From Bacteroidota bacterium (GTDB taxonomy: Bacteria > Bacteroidota > Rhodothermia > Rhodothermales > JBCDJV01): 64,000 bases of DNA. The notes beneath the pieces were generated by a model. The model made no database searches. It saw nothing but the letters and a program-made list of their open reading frames with translations, and was not told the DNA's origin. Below are positions 17,250-26,013 of the stretch, in pieces. The stretch is from NCBI GenBank assembly GCA_038747425.1, contig JBCDJV010000006.1, positions 13,470-77,469 of the forward strand. Direction: 5' to 3'. Positions within the stretch are counted from its first letter, which is position 1; each line of letters begins with the position of its first letter. A program made the translations under genes and the position numbers.

Positions 17250-18209
17250 TCAGGAGGTGGGGCTGGGGGCTGGTTCGGCGCTGTAGGTCTGTCCGGTTTT
17301 GGCCAGAAACACGTCTTCGAGTGTTGGGGCGCGAACGGTCGCGCTCTGGATCAGGGCTCCGCAGGTGTCGTAGAGCCGGGAGAGGAGAGACGGTGCTTCA
17401 GGATGAGGCACGTGAACCAGGGTGCCTAGATTCTGGGCCGGGAGTCCGGTCAGGGTCCGGATCTGCTCGGCCAAGCGCTGGGGCGAGTCCGCGGGGGTGA
17501 GCCAGACGGCTTCCGTACCCAAGTCTTGCTTGAGGGCGTTCGGAGACCCCTGCGTGACCAGCGTGCCGGTATCGAGAATAGCCACCTCGTCACACCGCTC
17601 CGCCTCATCCATGAGGTGGGTCGCCACGATCAGCGTCAGCGCCTCCGTGGTGCGGAGCTGGTCCAGCACCTGCCAAAAGGCATAGCGAGCCGCGGGGTCC
17701 AGTCCTGTGGTGGGCTCATCGAGGAGCAAGAGGGCCGGGCGATGAAGCAGGCCCCGCACCAGGTCCACACGGCGCCGCAGGCCGCCCGAAAGCACCGGCG
17801 GTTTTTCCTGGCGCCGCTCAGCGAGCCCAAAGCGGGGAAGGAGGTCATCCAGCCGCTCCGACAGATCCCGGGCTGACAGGCCATAGAGCGTGCCATGGAT
17901 GCGCAGGTTCTCCTCCACGGTAAGCTCGTCATCCAACGCAGGCTGCTGAAACACCACCCCCAGCCGGGCGCGGACGGCCGCGGGCGCGTGAGCCGTCGAG
18001 TGCCCGAAGACCAGGGCCTCGCCCTCAGAGGGTCTCAGCAGGGTGGATAAGATGCGAAACAGGGTGGTCTTGCCGCTTCCATTGGGGCCCAGCAGTCCAA
18101 ACAGGCCACCGGCGGGGACATGCAGGTTGAGGTTCGAGAGCGCAAGCCGTGTGGCGTAACGATGCGACACGTCGCGGAGGCGTACCGCCTCGGAGGAGAG
18201 TTCGGACAT
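17250..18209 (-). CDS. ABC transporter ATP-binding protein
   Basis: Walker A GPNGSGKTT, signature LSGGLRRRV, Walker B LLLLDEPTTGLD. Confidence 0.9.
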   Translation of the reverse strand: MSELSSEAVRLRDVSHRYATRLALSNLNLHVPAGGLFGLLGPNGSGKTTLFRILSTLLRPSEGEALVFGHSTAHAPAAVRARLGVVFQQPALDDELTVEENLRIHGTLYGLSARDLSERLDDLLPRFGLAERRQEKPPVLSGGLRRRVDLVRGLLHRPALLLLDEPTTGLDPAARYAFWQVLDQLRTTEALTLIVATHLMDEAERCDEVAILDTGTLVTQGSPNALKQDLGTEAVWLTPADSPQRLAEQIRTLTGLPAQNLGTLVHVPHPEAPSLLSRLYDTCGALIQSATVRAPTLEDVFLAKTGQTYSAEPAPSPTS

Positions 18210-18247
18210 GGGGCCGCGCAGGTGGGAGGTGTGGAGGGGCGCCGGGG

Positions 18248-19213
18248 CTAGAGAAAGAGGCGATCCAAGGTGATGGCGATCACCAAGGCCGGGATGTAGA
18301 GGACGGAGGCCTTGAGGACACGGCGTGCATCCTGAACGCTGCGGGACTGGTAGAACGTCACCACACTTCGCAAAAACCAGAGGCCGAGGATGCCGGCTAC
18401 GACGGCATACCCTAGGCTACTCAACCCCAGCCACGTGGGAAGCAGGCTGGCCCCAAGCAGCAGAATCGTGAAGCCCAGCGTCTGCCGGACCGTGTTGGTG
18501 CCCTCAGGGTCTGTAACCGTAAGCATCTGGTAGCCGCCTCGGTCATAATCTTTGCGGTACATCCACGCCAGCGACAGAAAGTGCGGCATCTGCCAGCAGA
18601 CCAGGACGGCAAAGAGGGCCCAGCCGCCGGCCCCCAGAGTGCCTGTGGCGGCGGTCCAGCCCCCCAGGGCGGGCAAGGCACCCGGGATGGTGCCCACGAG
18701 GGTATTGTAGGTGGTGACCCGCTTCAGCGGCGTGTACACGTAGAGGTAGAGGACCACGGTGAGGATCGCGAGCGTGGCCGTAAGCGGGTTGGTGAGCGGA
18801 CACAGGATGCCGATGCCGACGGCCACGAGAAACACGCCGAACCGGTAGGCCGTCCGCACCGAGATCCGACCATCGGGAAGGGGGCGGCGGGCGGTGCGTT
18901 TCATGGTGCGATCGTGCTCCACCTCCAGGCAGTGGTTGAGCGCGCCCACGCCGGCTGAGGTGAGGAGCGTGCCCACGACGGCAAAGAACAGCGTCCATCC
19001 GGCGATCTCGGGCCCTGAACCCAGCATGAATCCGGCTAAGGTGGACAGCGCCACCAAGAACGAGATCTCTGGCTTCGTGAGCGTGAGGAAATCACGCCAC
19101 GTAGCCGGTGTAACCGAGGCGGACGGGGCCACCGGACGGGGCGGCGCCGCGGCGGATGGGGCCGTCGCAGGGGGGGGCGTCACAGGTTCAGCGTGGGTGA
19201 TAGGAGGGGTCAC
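18248..19213 (-). CDS. ctaB: Protoheme IX farnesyltransferase (heme O synthase)
   Basis: UbiA-family layout: LTKPEISFLV...NHCLEVEHDRTMKRTARRPLP...YTPLKR...GA.P...GW. GTG start at 19213. Confidence 0.9.
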   Translation of the reverse strand: MTPPITHAEPVTPPPATAPSAAAPPRPVAPSASVTPATWRDFLTLTKPEISFLVALSTLAGFMLGSGPEIAGWTLFFAVVGTLLTSAGVGALNHCLEVEHDRTMKRTARRPLPDGRISVRTAYRFGVFLVAVGIGILCPLTNPLTATLAILTVVLYLYVYTPLKRVTTYNTLVGTIPGALPALGGWTAATGTLGAGGWALFAVLVCWQMPHFLSLAWMYRKDYDRGGYQMLTVTDPEGTNTVRQTLGFTILLLGASLLPTWLGLSSLGYAVVAGILGLWFLRSVVTFYQSRSVQDARRVLKASVLYIPALVIAITLDRLFL

Positions 19214-19236
19214 AGAGCGTGGCCTTTAACAGATAT

Positions 19237-20199
19237 TCAAGAGATCGAAAGCGATAGCGAGGGCTCAGCCACAGGCTCCAGGCGCCGGGTGGCCAGCGCT
19301 GCGTTGCCAAAGAGCAGATAGGCGATCCAGATGCCATCGGCTACGAGCAGATGCACCAGTTGCATCCAGACCGGGGCCTTCAGCCAGATGTTTGCCATGC
19401 CCAGCAGCATCTGCCCGAAGTACAGGGCCAGTAGCGCCACGCCAAAGAGGCGGACGCGGGCATCTGGGCGTTCGGCCATCGTGCGCCGCACGCTCAGCAG
19501 CAGGATGGCGCCGAGGATCACGGCAAACACAGGATGGTAGACCCGGAGGCGCTCAAGGTGGTGCGCGGTGGGGTCGGTACTACGGTTCAGAACCTCGGCG
19601 GTCGAGGTGGCCTCGAAAAGCGTATCGCCCAGGGCGGTCACCGCGCCGGTGGCACTGAGGATCATCAAGCCCAGGCCGAGGCCCAGCAGGCTCCAGCCCA
19701 CGCGCCCTTGCTTTTTGAGCGTGAAGGGGCGGCCCCCACTCGCCCACCAGGCGGTCAGTGTGGCGAAGGCCAGGAGAATGAGCGTGTTGTTGAGATGCAG
19801 GGCGATCGAGATGGTGCGTCCCATGGATGCATTCTCGGCGGTCCACTCGAACAGCACGATGGCCGCCCCGATCAGGCCCTCGATAATGACGAAGACGAGG
19901 GTCCCCACAGCCGCAAAGCGGACCGGACTTCCTTTGGGATAGCGCCGGTAGGCCCACACGACGAGGCCGATGATCAGAAACCCGGCCAGCGCACTCGTGA
20001 TACGGTGCGATAGCTCAATGATGGTCTCCACGGCCGGGGCCCGTGGGATCACTTCACCGTTGCACAGAGGCCAGTGGCTGCCGCAGCCGGCCCCCGATCC
20101 TGTGGCCCGCACGAAGGCCCCCCACAGGATGATCAGCACGAGGTACCCAAGCAGGGCCCAAGCGTACTGTGCAAAACGGTGAAATCGAAGCGGTTGCAT
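19237..20199 (-). CDS. ctaA: Heme A synthase (COX15/CtaA family)
   Basis: Eight-TM layout, GSGAGCGSHWPLCNG Cys pair, and conserved His residues (ELSHR, LHL, VHL). Confidence 0.8.
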   Translation of the reverse strand: MQPLRFHRFAQYAWALLGYLVLIILWGAFVRATGSGAGCGSHWPLCNGEVIPRAPAVETIIELSHRITSALAGFLIIGLVVWAYRRYPKGSPVRFAAVGTLVFVIIEGLIGAAIVLFEWTAENASMGRTISIALHLNNTLILLAFATLTAWWASGGRPFTLKKQGRVGWSLLGLGLGLMILSATGAVTALGDTLFEATSTAEVLNRSTDPTAHHLERLRVYHPVFAVILGAILLLSVRRTMAERPDARVRLFGVALLALYFGQMLLGMANIWLKAPVWMQLVHLLVADGIWIAYLLFGNAALATRRLEPVAEPSLSLSIS

Positions 20200-20360
20200 A
20201 GCCTAAAATCGTGGTGATGACCAGGCCGATCTACCCTGGGCAACGCATCGCTGTTCCATTAATAACGTGTTGAAACGAAGGCACTCAGGGTCCTACCTTG
20301 CGCCCTCGTTGAGCTGGCAATCATCCGGCTGCAAATACCCTGCCTTACACGTGCGTGCTT

Positions 20361-21770
20361 ATGCCTGCCCCTGCTGCCCCCGTCCTCGTTGTATCCATCT
20401 CTGGCATCCGTGGTATCGTGGGGCATGGCCTGGATCCGCAGGTCATGGTCTCGTTCGTGGCCAGTTTCGGCACATGGTGCCGGCGGAAGGCTGAAGCCGC
20501 AGGGCGACCGCCCTTGGTGGCCATGGGTCGGGATGGCCGCGTCACAGGGCCCATGTATGCGCGTTTGGTGGAAGCCACGCTCCAGAGTGTGGGGTGCCAC
20601 GTGCTGCAAGTGGGCCTGGCCACCACCCCAACGGTCCAGATTGCCGTGGAGGAGGCCGAGGCCATAGGGGGCCTCACGCTCTCGGCTTCACACAACCCCG
20701 CCGAGTGGAACGCGCTCAAGCTCTTCAATGAGCGAGGGGAATACCTCGGTCCTGAAGAAGCGCAGACGGTCATCGACATGGTCGAGGCGGGGGAGGCCGA
20801 CTATGTAGCGTATGACCAAATTGGCGACGTACGCGAGCAGGTCTACCTGGATGCCCATCTGGATCGTATCCTGGCGGCTGGACTGTTCGACCCCGCTCGA
20901 ATCCAGGCCCGCGGCTTTCGGGTGGTGGTGGATGCGATCAACTCGGTCGGAGCCCTCGCGGTGCCGGCCCTCTTGGCACGTCTAGGTATAGAGGCCAGTC
21001 AGGTCGTCGTGCTCAACGCCACGCCCGACGGACGTTTTGCCCACACCCCCGAGCCCTTGCCCCAACATCTCACGGCCACGCTGGAGGCTGTGCGCGAGCA
21101 CGATGCAGACCTGGGCTTGGTGGTAGACCCCGATGTGGACCGGTTGGCCCTCGTTGGCCGCGGGGGGGTCTATGTGAACGAAGAACTCACCCAAGTCCTC
21201 TGCGCCGACTTTATCTGGCGCCGCCAGCCAGGTCCGTACGTAACGAACCTCTCCTCCTCTCGGGCCATTGACGACGTGGCCGCACGGTATGGCATGACCG
21301 TCCATCGATCAAAGGTGGGGGAGATCAACGTGGTCAAAAAGATGCAAGCCGTGGGGGCCGTGATGGGCGGGGAAGGCAGTGGAGGGATCATCGTGCCCGC
21401 AGTCCACTACGGCCGAGACGCCTTGGTGGGCATTGCCATGATCTTGCAGCACCTGGCCGAACAAAAGCGCGACCTCCTCGACCTGGTCAAAGACTTGCCG
21501 GCCTATGCCATCGTCAAGCAGAAAATGCCGCTGGACGCTGTGGACGCCTCGACGGCGCTGGCCGCCTTGAGCGCGCTGTACGCGGACCAAGACGACGTGC
21601 GCGTGACCACCACAGACGGCGTCAAGCTGGATTGGCCCGAGGGGTGGGTGCATGTGCGCCCCTCGAATACAGAACCGATCCTGCGCATCTACGCCGAGGG
21701 CCCTACGACCGAGCAGGCCGAGGCGCTCATCCAACGCGTTCGCACAGGCCTCGACACGAACGCCCCGTGA
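20361..21770 (+). CDS. glmM: Phosphoglucosamine mutase / phosphohexomutase family
   Basis: GIRG near the N-terminus, active-site LTLSASHNPAEWNALK, Mg site VVDPDVDRL, sugar loop GGEGSGG. ATG at 20361. Confidence 0.85.
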   Translation: MPAPAAPVLVVSISGIRGIVGHGLDPQVMVSFVASFGTWCRRKAEAAGRPPLVAMGRDGRVTGPMYARLVEATLQSVGCHVLQVGLATTPTVQIAVEEAEAIGGLTLSASHNPAEWNALKLFNERGEYLGPEEAQTVIDMVEAGEADYVAYDQIGDVREQVYLDAHLDRILAAGLFDPARIQARGFRVVVDAINSVGALAVPALLARLGIEASQVVVLNATPDGRFAHTPEPLPQHLTATLEAVREHDADLGLVVDPDVDRLALVGRGGVYVNEELTQVLCADFIWRRQPGPYVTNLSSSRAIDDVAARYGMTVHRSKVGEINVVKKMQAVGAVMGGEGSGGIIVPAVHYGRDALVGIAMILQHLAEQKRDLLDLVKDLPAYAIVKQKMPLDAVDASTALAALSALYADQDDVRVTTTDGVKLDWPEGWVHVRPSNTEPILRIYAEGPTTEQAEALIQRVRTGLDTNAP

Positions 21771-21856
21771 GGGGCCCCCAGGTAGGGGCTAGGTGGATGA
21801 GCGGAGACAAGCTGTGGTAGGAATTCCGTACAACCGTTACGATGTTGCTTGCGCCC

Positions 21857-21887
21857 TTGACGTAGAACTCTTCCGCGCTTAACTTTC
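21857..21887 (+). promoter_or_regulatory. Promoter-like element (TTGACG-N17-TAACTTTC) in an AT-rich island
   Basis: TTGACG at 21857-21862 and TAACTTTC from 21880. This fits both sigma70-like -35/-10 spacing and the Bacteroidota TTG...TAnnTTTG pattern. Confidence 0.35.
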
Positions 21888-21892
21888 AATCG

Positions 21893-22010
21893 TTACTGAA
21901 AACAGTGAACTAAATACGGCACTGCCAGTAGGTACAAACGCTAAGAGGGTAGCGGTGATTCCCTCCAGCCCGGCGGAGTCTCTTTGAGGGGAGAGGCTCC
22001 GCCTTTTTTT
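21893..22010 (+). ncRNA. Candidate small RNA (~115 nt) bounded by the promoter-like element and a strong terminator
   Basis: No ORF. Internal hairpins GGCA-C-TGCC and GAGGG-N11-CCCTC, with the terminator at the 3' end. The next gene is convergent. Identity unknown. Confidence 0.3.
21972..22010 (+). terminator. Strong plus-strand intrinsic terminator
   Basis: GGCGGAGTCTC...GAGAGGCTCCGCC (11 bp with a 2-nt bulge) followed by T7. No T-run on the minus strand. Confidence 0.7.
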
Positions 22011-22116
22011 ATGGCCTCGGTTTTCGTGGCTCGTGTGCAGGTCCTCGTGCGATCCTGGGTGGTGGCACGCGTCTGGGGTTCGTGGGCCCGAGGCTTGGCG
22101 GCGTCTGCTGGAGCGG

Positions 22117-23274
22117 TCAGGCCGACTCTGGATCGGCGGTGGGCTGTGGAGGGGGGGCGTCCGAGACCGCCGGTGAAGGCGGCGGCGGAGTGAGCGCCGT
22201 CACGAAGCCATCGCCGGGAACGGTTCCGCGCTCTAGCCGGGCACGCGCCTCGGATTCGGGACCCAGCAAGACGGCAATCCAGCGTAGCTCAGCATTGCTC
22301 TCGAAGGCAATCTTGAGCACCATGGTGAGCGGCACGGCCAGCAGCATGCCGATCGGCCCTAGAATCCACCCCCAGAACACGAGGGAGCAGAAGACGACGA
22401 GCGTCGAAAGCCCCACGCCACGGCCCATGAGACGGGGCTCGATGAAGTTGCCCATGATCAGGTTGATCGCCATGTAACCGGCTCCGACAATCAATCCTGA
22501 GCCCAGGTTGAACTGCACAATGGCCACCATCACCGGGGGTACAGCTGCGATGATAGAGCCAATGGTAGGGATGTAGTTCAGCAGAAAAGCGACCACCCCC
22601 CATAAAATCGGGAAGTCTACGCCCAGCGAGAAGAGCCACACGGTAGCCAAGACACCGGTGAGCAAACTGACAAACGTTTTGAGGGCCAGGTAGCGCAGCA
22701 CCGTCTGCGAGAAGCGCTGAAAAAAGGCAATCGATCCTTCAGGGGCATCCAGCGCAGCCCGCAGCTTGGCCGGAAACCCAGCCATTTCCAGCAGGATGAA
22801 GACGATGGTGATGATGATGAGAAACGAATTCGTGAGCACATCGCCGGCGGCAGACAACGTATTGGTCACCACCTGCATGGCCAGTTCAGGATCGAACACC
22901 TCCTGAAGGTCCGTGCTGGCGGGAAGCAGCCCAGAGGCGACCATACGTTCCAGCAGAGACTGGAATTCGTTGCGGAGCTGGCTCTGATACGTAGGCAGTT
23001 CCGCTGTAAAACTCCCCACGCTGGTGCCCAGCACCGTACCGATCAAGGCGAAGAGGCCGATCAGCCCCGTCACCACGATCAGCACCGATAAGAAGGACGG
23101 AATCCGTTTGCTTTGCAGCCAAAACAGGGGCTGCGCGCAGATGGTGGCCAAAAAGATGGCCAACAGGAAGGGCACTACGATCGGGGCGGCTGCCCGCACG
23201 CCCGCCACCACAATCACGAAGGCCGCCATCGTGCCTAGTACGCGAATGGAATACGGGACCGTGGAGGAGTGCAT
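22117..23274 (-). CDS. AI-2E family transporter (PerM-like permease)
   Basis: 385 aa, about 8 TM. Conserved C-terminal block NYIPTIGSIIAAVPP...GNFIEPRLMGRGVGLS.LVVF.SLVFWGWILGPIGMLLAVPLT. Confidence 0.85.
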   Translation of the reverse strand: MHSSTVPYSIRVLGTMAAFVIVVAGVRAAAPIVVPFLLAIFLATICAQPLFWLQSKRIPSFLSVLIVVTGLIGLFALIGTVLGTSVGSFTAELPTYQSQLRNEFQSLLERMVASGLLPASTDLQEVFDPELAMQVVTNTLSAAGDVLTNSFLIIITIVFILLEMAGFPAKLRAALDAPEGSIAFFQRFSQTVLRYLALKTFVSLLTGVLATVWLFSLGVDFPILWGVVAFLLNYIPTIGSIIAAVPPVMVAIVQFNLGSGLIVGAGYMAINLIMGNFIEPRLMGRGVGLSTLVVFCSLVFWGWILGPIGMLLAVPLTMVLKIAFESNAELRWIAVLLGPESEARARLERGTVPGDGFVTALTPPPPSPAVSDAPPPQPTADPESA

Positions 23275-23931
23275 GAACGAGGACGTGGTGGGAGGAAAGG
23301 GACTTCCGTAGGCGTGTCAACCCGTGAGGGCGCGTAGTCCTACTCAGTACACATCAGGCGGGACCAACATGGAGGTGGGGTACAACGAAAGGCATCAGGT
23401 GAGCTCAAGGCGCTCCGCACATCGATGCCATCCCGCACTCCCAGAGAGTACCCCTTGGGGCTTTAGGAGGATCCTTTGCACAGGGATCGGGGGCGGCTCA
23501 AAGACGGCTTGGCCGGTCCACACCGGGCGAAGCCTCACCTCGCCTGGTCTTCTGACCAACGAAAGTCGTACCACTCTCTCTTCTACGGACGAAGTTCAGC
23601 CGAGGTTTATTCCACCTTAGCCAAGAGGAAGAATCCACACCACGCATCGAGCGCGCGAAAAGGACGAATCGGGCCGGTGCCGTCAGGCGGTGTCGCCTCG
23701 GGGATTCATGCATGAGCCCCCTCGCGAACAGGTCCTGGACCTTGGCTTTGGGCTGACCTTGCCGACTCCCGCCAATCTTTCCTCGGACGAAGGCGCCCGC
23801 TGTTGTAGGAGAGGAGGGTCCGGGTGTGGGCATCGCCGCCTGGAGAACCCGGTTCGTTATGATTCGTTCGACACGCTTCCATCAAAATGTGCACGTTTGC
23901 AGCGCGCTTCATGCAGGTTCGTTCTCAGTCC

Positions 23932-25281
23932 ATGGATTGGTCGCCCTCCTCCTGGCAGGCCAAGGAGGCCCTCCAACAACCTGTGTACGAAGACGAAGGT
24001 CAGTTACGCGCGATCTGCGAGCATCTGTCGTCTGTACCGCCTCTGGTGACCTCGTGGGAGGCAAAGTCGTTGCAGCGCCAGCTCGCGGAAGCGGCACACG
24101 GGCGTCGTTTCCTACTGCAGGGGGGCGACTGTGCCGAGCGGTTCGACGAATGCCGGGTGGATATCATCGCCAACCGGCTGAAGGTCCTACTCCAGATGAG
24201 CTTGGCCCTCGTCTACGGCCTCAAGCTCCCCGTGGTGCGTGTGGGGCGCTTTGCGGGGCAGTACGCCAAGCCTCGATCCTCGGGTATGGAGACGCGAGGG
24301 GACGTTTCCCTGCCCAGCTACCGGGGTGACATCATCAACGGCCCCGCCTTCACCGAGGCCGATCGTACGCCGGATCCGCAGCGTCTCATCCAAGCTCACA
24401 GCTATTCAGCGCTGGTGCTGAACTATGTGCGAGCCCTGTCAGACAGTGGGTTCGCCAATTTGAAGCACCCTGAGCAGTGGAACCTAGAATTCGTGCACCA
24501 ATCGCCCTGGGCCCAGGAGTATCGGCGGATGGTCAGCGAGATTCAGGAGGCCATTCAGTTTATGGAGACCGTATCCAACGTCGATGCGGACAGCCTCGGG
24601 CGCGTCGACTTCTACACGTCCCACGAAGCCCTCCACTTGCATTACGAGGAGGCCTTCACGCGAGGCGTTCCCGGCGCTGCTCCCCACTACAACTTATCCA
24701 CTCACATGCCCTGGATTGGCATGCGCACGGCACAGCCAGGTGGTGCGCATGTAGAATATGCACGCGGCATTGCTAACCCATTGGGGCTCAAGGTCGGACC
24801 AGCCATGTCTCCGTCGATGCTGCGCACGCTGATCCAGACCCTCAACCCGGACAACACGCCGGGTCGGCTCACGCTGATCCACCGGTTTGGGGTGCATCAG
24901 ATTGAGACGCTGCTCCCGCCGCTGCTTGAGGTGGTCCGTGCCGAAGGGGCCGATGTGCTCTGGTGCTGCGATCCCATGCATGGCAACACGGAGACGACGG
25001 ACCAAGGGATCAAGACGCGTCACTTTGACAAGATCCTGGGCGAGTTGGAGCACGCATTCGACATCCACGCCGCTGAAGGCACCATCCTGGGCGGCGTGCA
25101 CCTGGAGCTGACGGGCGAGGACGTGACGGAGTGCATTGGGGGCGCTCGGGGGCTGGAAGAGGCCGATCTCCAGCGCGCCTACACCTCTCACGTGGATCCA
25201 CGCCTCAACTACGAGCAGGCATTGGAGATGACCTTCTGCATCGTGCGGAAGCGTCGCCGCTCCTTGCGTGAAGGCCAATAG
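23932..25281 (+). CDS. 3-deoxy-7-phosphoheptulonate (DAHP) synthase, class II
   Basis: MDWSPSSWQAKEALQQPVY...LLQGGDCAERF...RFAGQYAKPRS...CDPMHGNT...HLELTG. ATG at 23932. Confidence 0.9.
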   Translation: MDWSPSSWQAKEALQQPVYEDEGQLRAICEHLSSVPPLVTSWEAKSLQRQLAEAAHGRRFLLQGGDCAERFDECRVDIIANRLKVLLQMSLALVYGLKLPVVRVGRFAGQYAKPRSSGMETRGDVSLPSYRGDIINGPAFTEADRTPDPQRLIQAHSYSALVLNYVRALSDSGFANLKHPEQWNLEFVHQSPWAQEYRRMVSEIQEAIQFMETVSNVDADSLGRVDFYTSHEALHLHYEEAFTRGVPGAAPHYNLSTHMPWIGMRTAQPGGAHVEYARGIANPLGLKVGPAMSPSMLRTLIQTLNPDNTPGRLTLIHRFGVHQIETLLPPLLEVVRAEGADVLWCCDPMHGNTETTDQGIKTRHFDKILGELEHAFDIHAAEGTILGGVHLELTGEDVTECIGGARGLEEADLQRAYTSHVDPRLNYEQALEMTFCIVRKRRRSLREGQ

Positions 25282-25389
25282 TAACGGCTATGTTGCATGG
25301 CCAGGGCGTAACCCATTGCACAACGTGCGTACGATGGTGTATTATAACCCGTTCGTAGCTTCGCTCTCGCCACTCATCCATCAGTCTGC

Positions 25390-25971
25390 ATGAAGACGGA
25401 CGTGTACATTGACGTCATGGTGGCTGAGCCGGATCACCTGATGTACGCCCAGGAGATCTGTGACATCATCGAAGATGCGGCCATCAAGCGCAAAACGGGC
25501 ATTGCGAAGCGAGAGCCTAGCTACATCGAGCAGAAGATTCGTGAAGGGAAAGCCATCATCGCCCTGGGCGAGCACGGCCAGCTTGCGGGCTTCTGCTACA
25601 TCGAAACATGGGGCCATGGCCGGTATGTGGCCAACTCGGGCCTGATTGTGGCCGAGGCATTCCGCCGCACCGGCTTGGCCAAACGGATTAAGGCCGCCAT
25701 CTTCGATCTGTCTCGTACGCGGTATCCAGACGCCAAGATCTTTGGCATCACCACCAGCCTGGCGGTGATGAAGATCAACTCAGACCTGGGCTATGAACCG
25801 GTCACGTACTCCGAGCTGACAGACGACGAACAGTTCTGGAAAGGCTGCCGCAGCTGCCCCAACCACGACATCTTGATGCGGAACGAGCGTCGGATGTGCC
25901 TGTGCACGGCCATGCTCTTCGACCCAGAGGCCAAGGCCCGCAAAGCGGCTCAGCGTAAAGACGACGAGTGA
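25390..25971 (+). CDS. GNAT family N-acetyltransferase
   Basis: Acetyl-CoA-binding-like block VAEAFRRTGLAKRIKAAIFDL. 193 aa. Confidence 0.65.
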   Translation: MKTDVYIDVMVAEPDHLMYAQEICDIIEDAAIKRKTGIAKREPSYIEQKIREGKAIIALGEHGQLAGFCYIETWGHGRYVANSGLIVAEAFRRTGLAKRIKAAIFDLSRTRYPDAKIFGITTSLAVMKINSDLGYEPVTYSELTDDEQFWKGCRSCPNHDILMRNERRMCLCTAMLFDPEAKARKAAQRKDDE

Positions 25972-26013
25972 CCACGAGCACCGCGTGGCGCGTTCTGTGG
26001 GCACGCTCGTGGT

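Noticed and set aside
21893-22010. SRP (4.5S) RNA or 6S RNA identity for the candidate sRNA
   Set aside because: No GGAA/GNAR-capped domain-IV-like helix with the conserved AGCA/GGAAG internal loops. It is too short, and it lacks the long closed helix with a central bubble expected of 6S RNA.
23275-23931. RNase P RNA or tmRNA in the long intergenic region
   Set aside because: Fragments resembling conserved regions exist (GAGGAAAGA.., GAGAACCCGGTT, ..TCCTCCCACCA on the minus strand). However, the invariant GGAAAGUCC of RNase P is absent and the pieces are on different strands. There is no T-loop (TTCRANYC), no matching GGGG... acceptor 5' end, and no ...ALAA-type tag reading frame. It is kept only as an unexplained structured region.
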